In this document: in pieces, positions 62,519 through 64,000 of the stretch
How positions within the stretch are numbered: position 1 is the first letter of the stretch
Layout of the letters: every line of letters starts with the position of its first letter
Source of the DNA: Perna viridis
Lineage: Eukaryota
NCBI GenBank assembly: GCA_037379345.1
Contig: CM074516.1
Span: 42,383,626-42,447,625 of the forward strand
Length of the DNA stretch: 64,000 bases
Direction of reading: 5' to 3'
Notes under the pieces: model-generated
Seen by the model: only the letters and a program-made list of their open reading frames with translations
What the model was told of the DNA's origin: nothing
The model's database searches: none
Position numbers and translations under genes: made by a program

Positions 62519-62862
62519 TCAATTGTCTTTCTTATCACCCCTTAAGAACATTAAATAATTCTCCAGGTCTTTTTGAGTATTTATCAGCCCATGTTCCTCC
62601 ATTTTGTTCAGTATAAGTCTATTCCATATAGAGTACCCAAATGTTAGAGTTAGAAGGACTAACATGAATCCCCTGATGATTCCAAAACCATATGGTACAT
62701 CCAGGGATGATATAAGATACAGAAGGAACACAGACATCACAGCTAACACGGTATACATGGTACAGTCACTTGATGCTTTCTTCAGTCCTTTATCTATCAC
62801 AGTTACACAGTTGGTAACATTACTGTCAATTTCAGCCTCTTTATAGTGATCAGTTCCAGCAG
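62519..62862 (-). CDS. Last coding exon of an unidentified membrane protein (two TM segments, C-terminal KKxx); the gene continues upstream toward or past the window end
   Basis: Open frame AGTDHYKEAEIDSNVTNCVTVIDKGLKKASSDCTMYTVLAVMSVFLLYLISSLDVPYGFGIIRGFMLVLLTLTFGYSIWNRLIL...GDKKDN*. Acceptor atttttag (AG at 62864-62863) or ttttcttaag (exon start 62893). A possible upstream exon 63897-63854 has ttttcaatag / gtaagt boundaries. Confidence 0.6.
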
Positions 62863-63063
62863 CTAAAAATAGATCAAATTTTATGATATAGTGCTTAAGA
62901 AAACCCCTTACCTATGAGTTGTACAAAACCATATTTACTCAAATCATTCTTTCAAACATTTGGAATTTCTTTAAGCAAGAAAATGCTTCAAATTTACTGA
63001 CCTAAATGCAGTATACCTTGCTTCTACTACTTCCTAAATGTTAGTACATAATTGTGTTTATGT

Positions 63064-63200
63064 GCCCTTCCGGAGCACCTGGTATAAACTACCAATTTTA
63101 TTGCTCATTTACTCCTTATTTCTGTAATATTTGTTATATGTACTTATGGTATTTTCTCTCATTTTTGTTTGTTATAGTCTAGTTTTTTTTTAATGAATAA
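63064..63200 (+). mobile_element. Old fragment related to the Penelope-like 3' UTR
   Basis: cccttccggagcacctggt...ttgctcatttact resembles ccctaccggtgcacctggt...ttgctcatttact at 370-431. Confidence 0.5.
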
Positions 63201-63330
63201 GGAATATCCTGTTCCTAATCTAATCTCCTTTCTTTCATTCATTGATAACTTGGAGGTTAACACAGTTACCTGGTCTGGGTTATAAAATATAGAGATTTAC
63301 ATCCAATCATCAAGTTTTCAAGTGGTTTAA

Positions 63331-63526
63331 AGAGGTAGACCAAGGGCAAGGGACATAACTCATGTAGTCAATGATATGTTTGTATCATATTCAATTTCAC
63401 CAAAGGCTATCAAGCTTTCATTTGACACAGAATGAAATTAATCTAAGTTACTTTGATGCTTACATGACATTGATGTAAAATGCTGAATACAAATGTTTCG
63501 ATGATTTGTAAGGTTGGTCTACCTCC
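63331..63526. mobile_element. 196-bp MITE with TTAA target duplication (Kolobok-type termini)
   Basis: ttaa|agaggtagaccaa ... ttggtctacctcc|ttaa. TIRs match at 12/13; termini are RR...YY. Confidence 0.7.
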
Positions 63527-64000
63527 TTAATTGATAAAAATGTCAGTTTGAGATTTATTTTTAAGAAACAAGGTAAGATAAATGCTTAGGTGAGTTTGTA
63601 ATAGACAAAACTATGCAAAGGGATTTTTTATGGAATGAAATAAACTAACAACTATGCTAATGAAAGTGGATAAAGGTTGTTCAACACCCACATCTTTTTT
63701 TGGAATGAACCACTTCAAATAATTACAAAAAAATACTGTCCTCTGTAAGTATTCAATATGTATGGGTGTCTTTTGCAATATTTCTTAAATAAAAATAGTA
63801 TTTTAATTTTTTAAGAATAAATGCCAGTATACAGTATATTTTTTGGGACTTACCATTTTTTTTATCTGCAAAGGTGAAGGGAACTCCTTATCTCTGACTA
63901 TTGAAAACATAAAAAATATGTATCCCCTCTCTAAAGCTAATTAAGAAAAAATGATACCCCTCTAGTCCTTCTACAAAATGAAAAACTCCTATTTTGTGGT

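Overview
AT-rich, intron-rich metazoan genomic DNA, most likely a bivalve mollusc (inferred from the repeat families and TACATGTA richness, not proven). It is not prokaryotic: no operons, rRNA, tRNA or CRISPR were found. I assembled two complete + strand genes by hand from GT-AG junctions with consistent phases. One is a 27-coding-exon MICAL F-actin monooxygenase (14549-44581, about 2286 aa; FAD-monooxygenase, CH, LIM, a 2.8-kb low-complexity exon, C-terminal bMERB coiled coil). The other is an 8-exon DERA deoxyribose-phosphate aldolase (50020-59173, 319 aa). The 3' end of a convergent - strand gene encodes an unidentified two-TM protein ending in KKxx. Mobile DNA includes an intact DD34E Tc1 transposon in a MICAL intron, the 3' end of a Penelope-like retroelement plus a TSD-flanked truncated copy, two copies of a ~510-bp non-tRNA retroposon with a highly structured 5' head, and several MITEs and minisatellites. 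Most unusual: DERA exon 6 is bracketed by tandem arrays of its own splice sites (19 acceptor copies upstream, 4-5 donor copies downstream), nearly all non-productive if used, and a MICAL donor is similarly duplicated. Also notable are the possible ribozyme-like head of the 510-bp retroposon and pervasive TACATGTA motifs that resemble Tc1 excision footprints.
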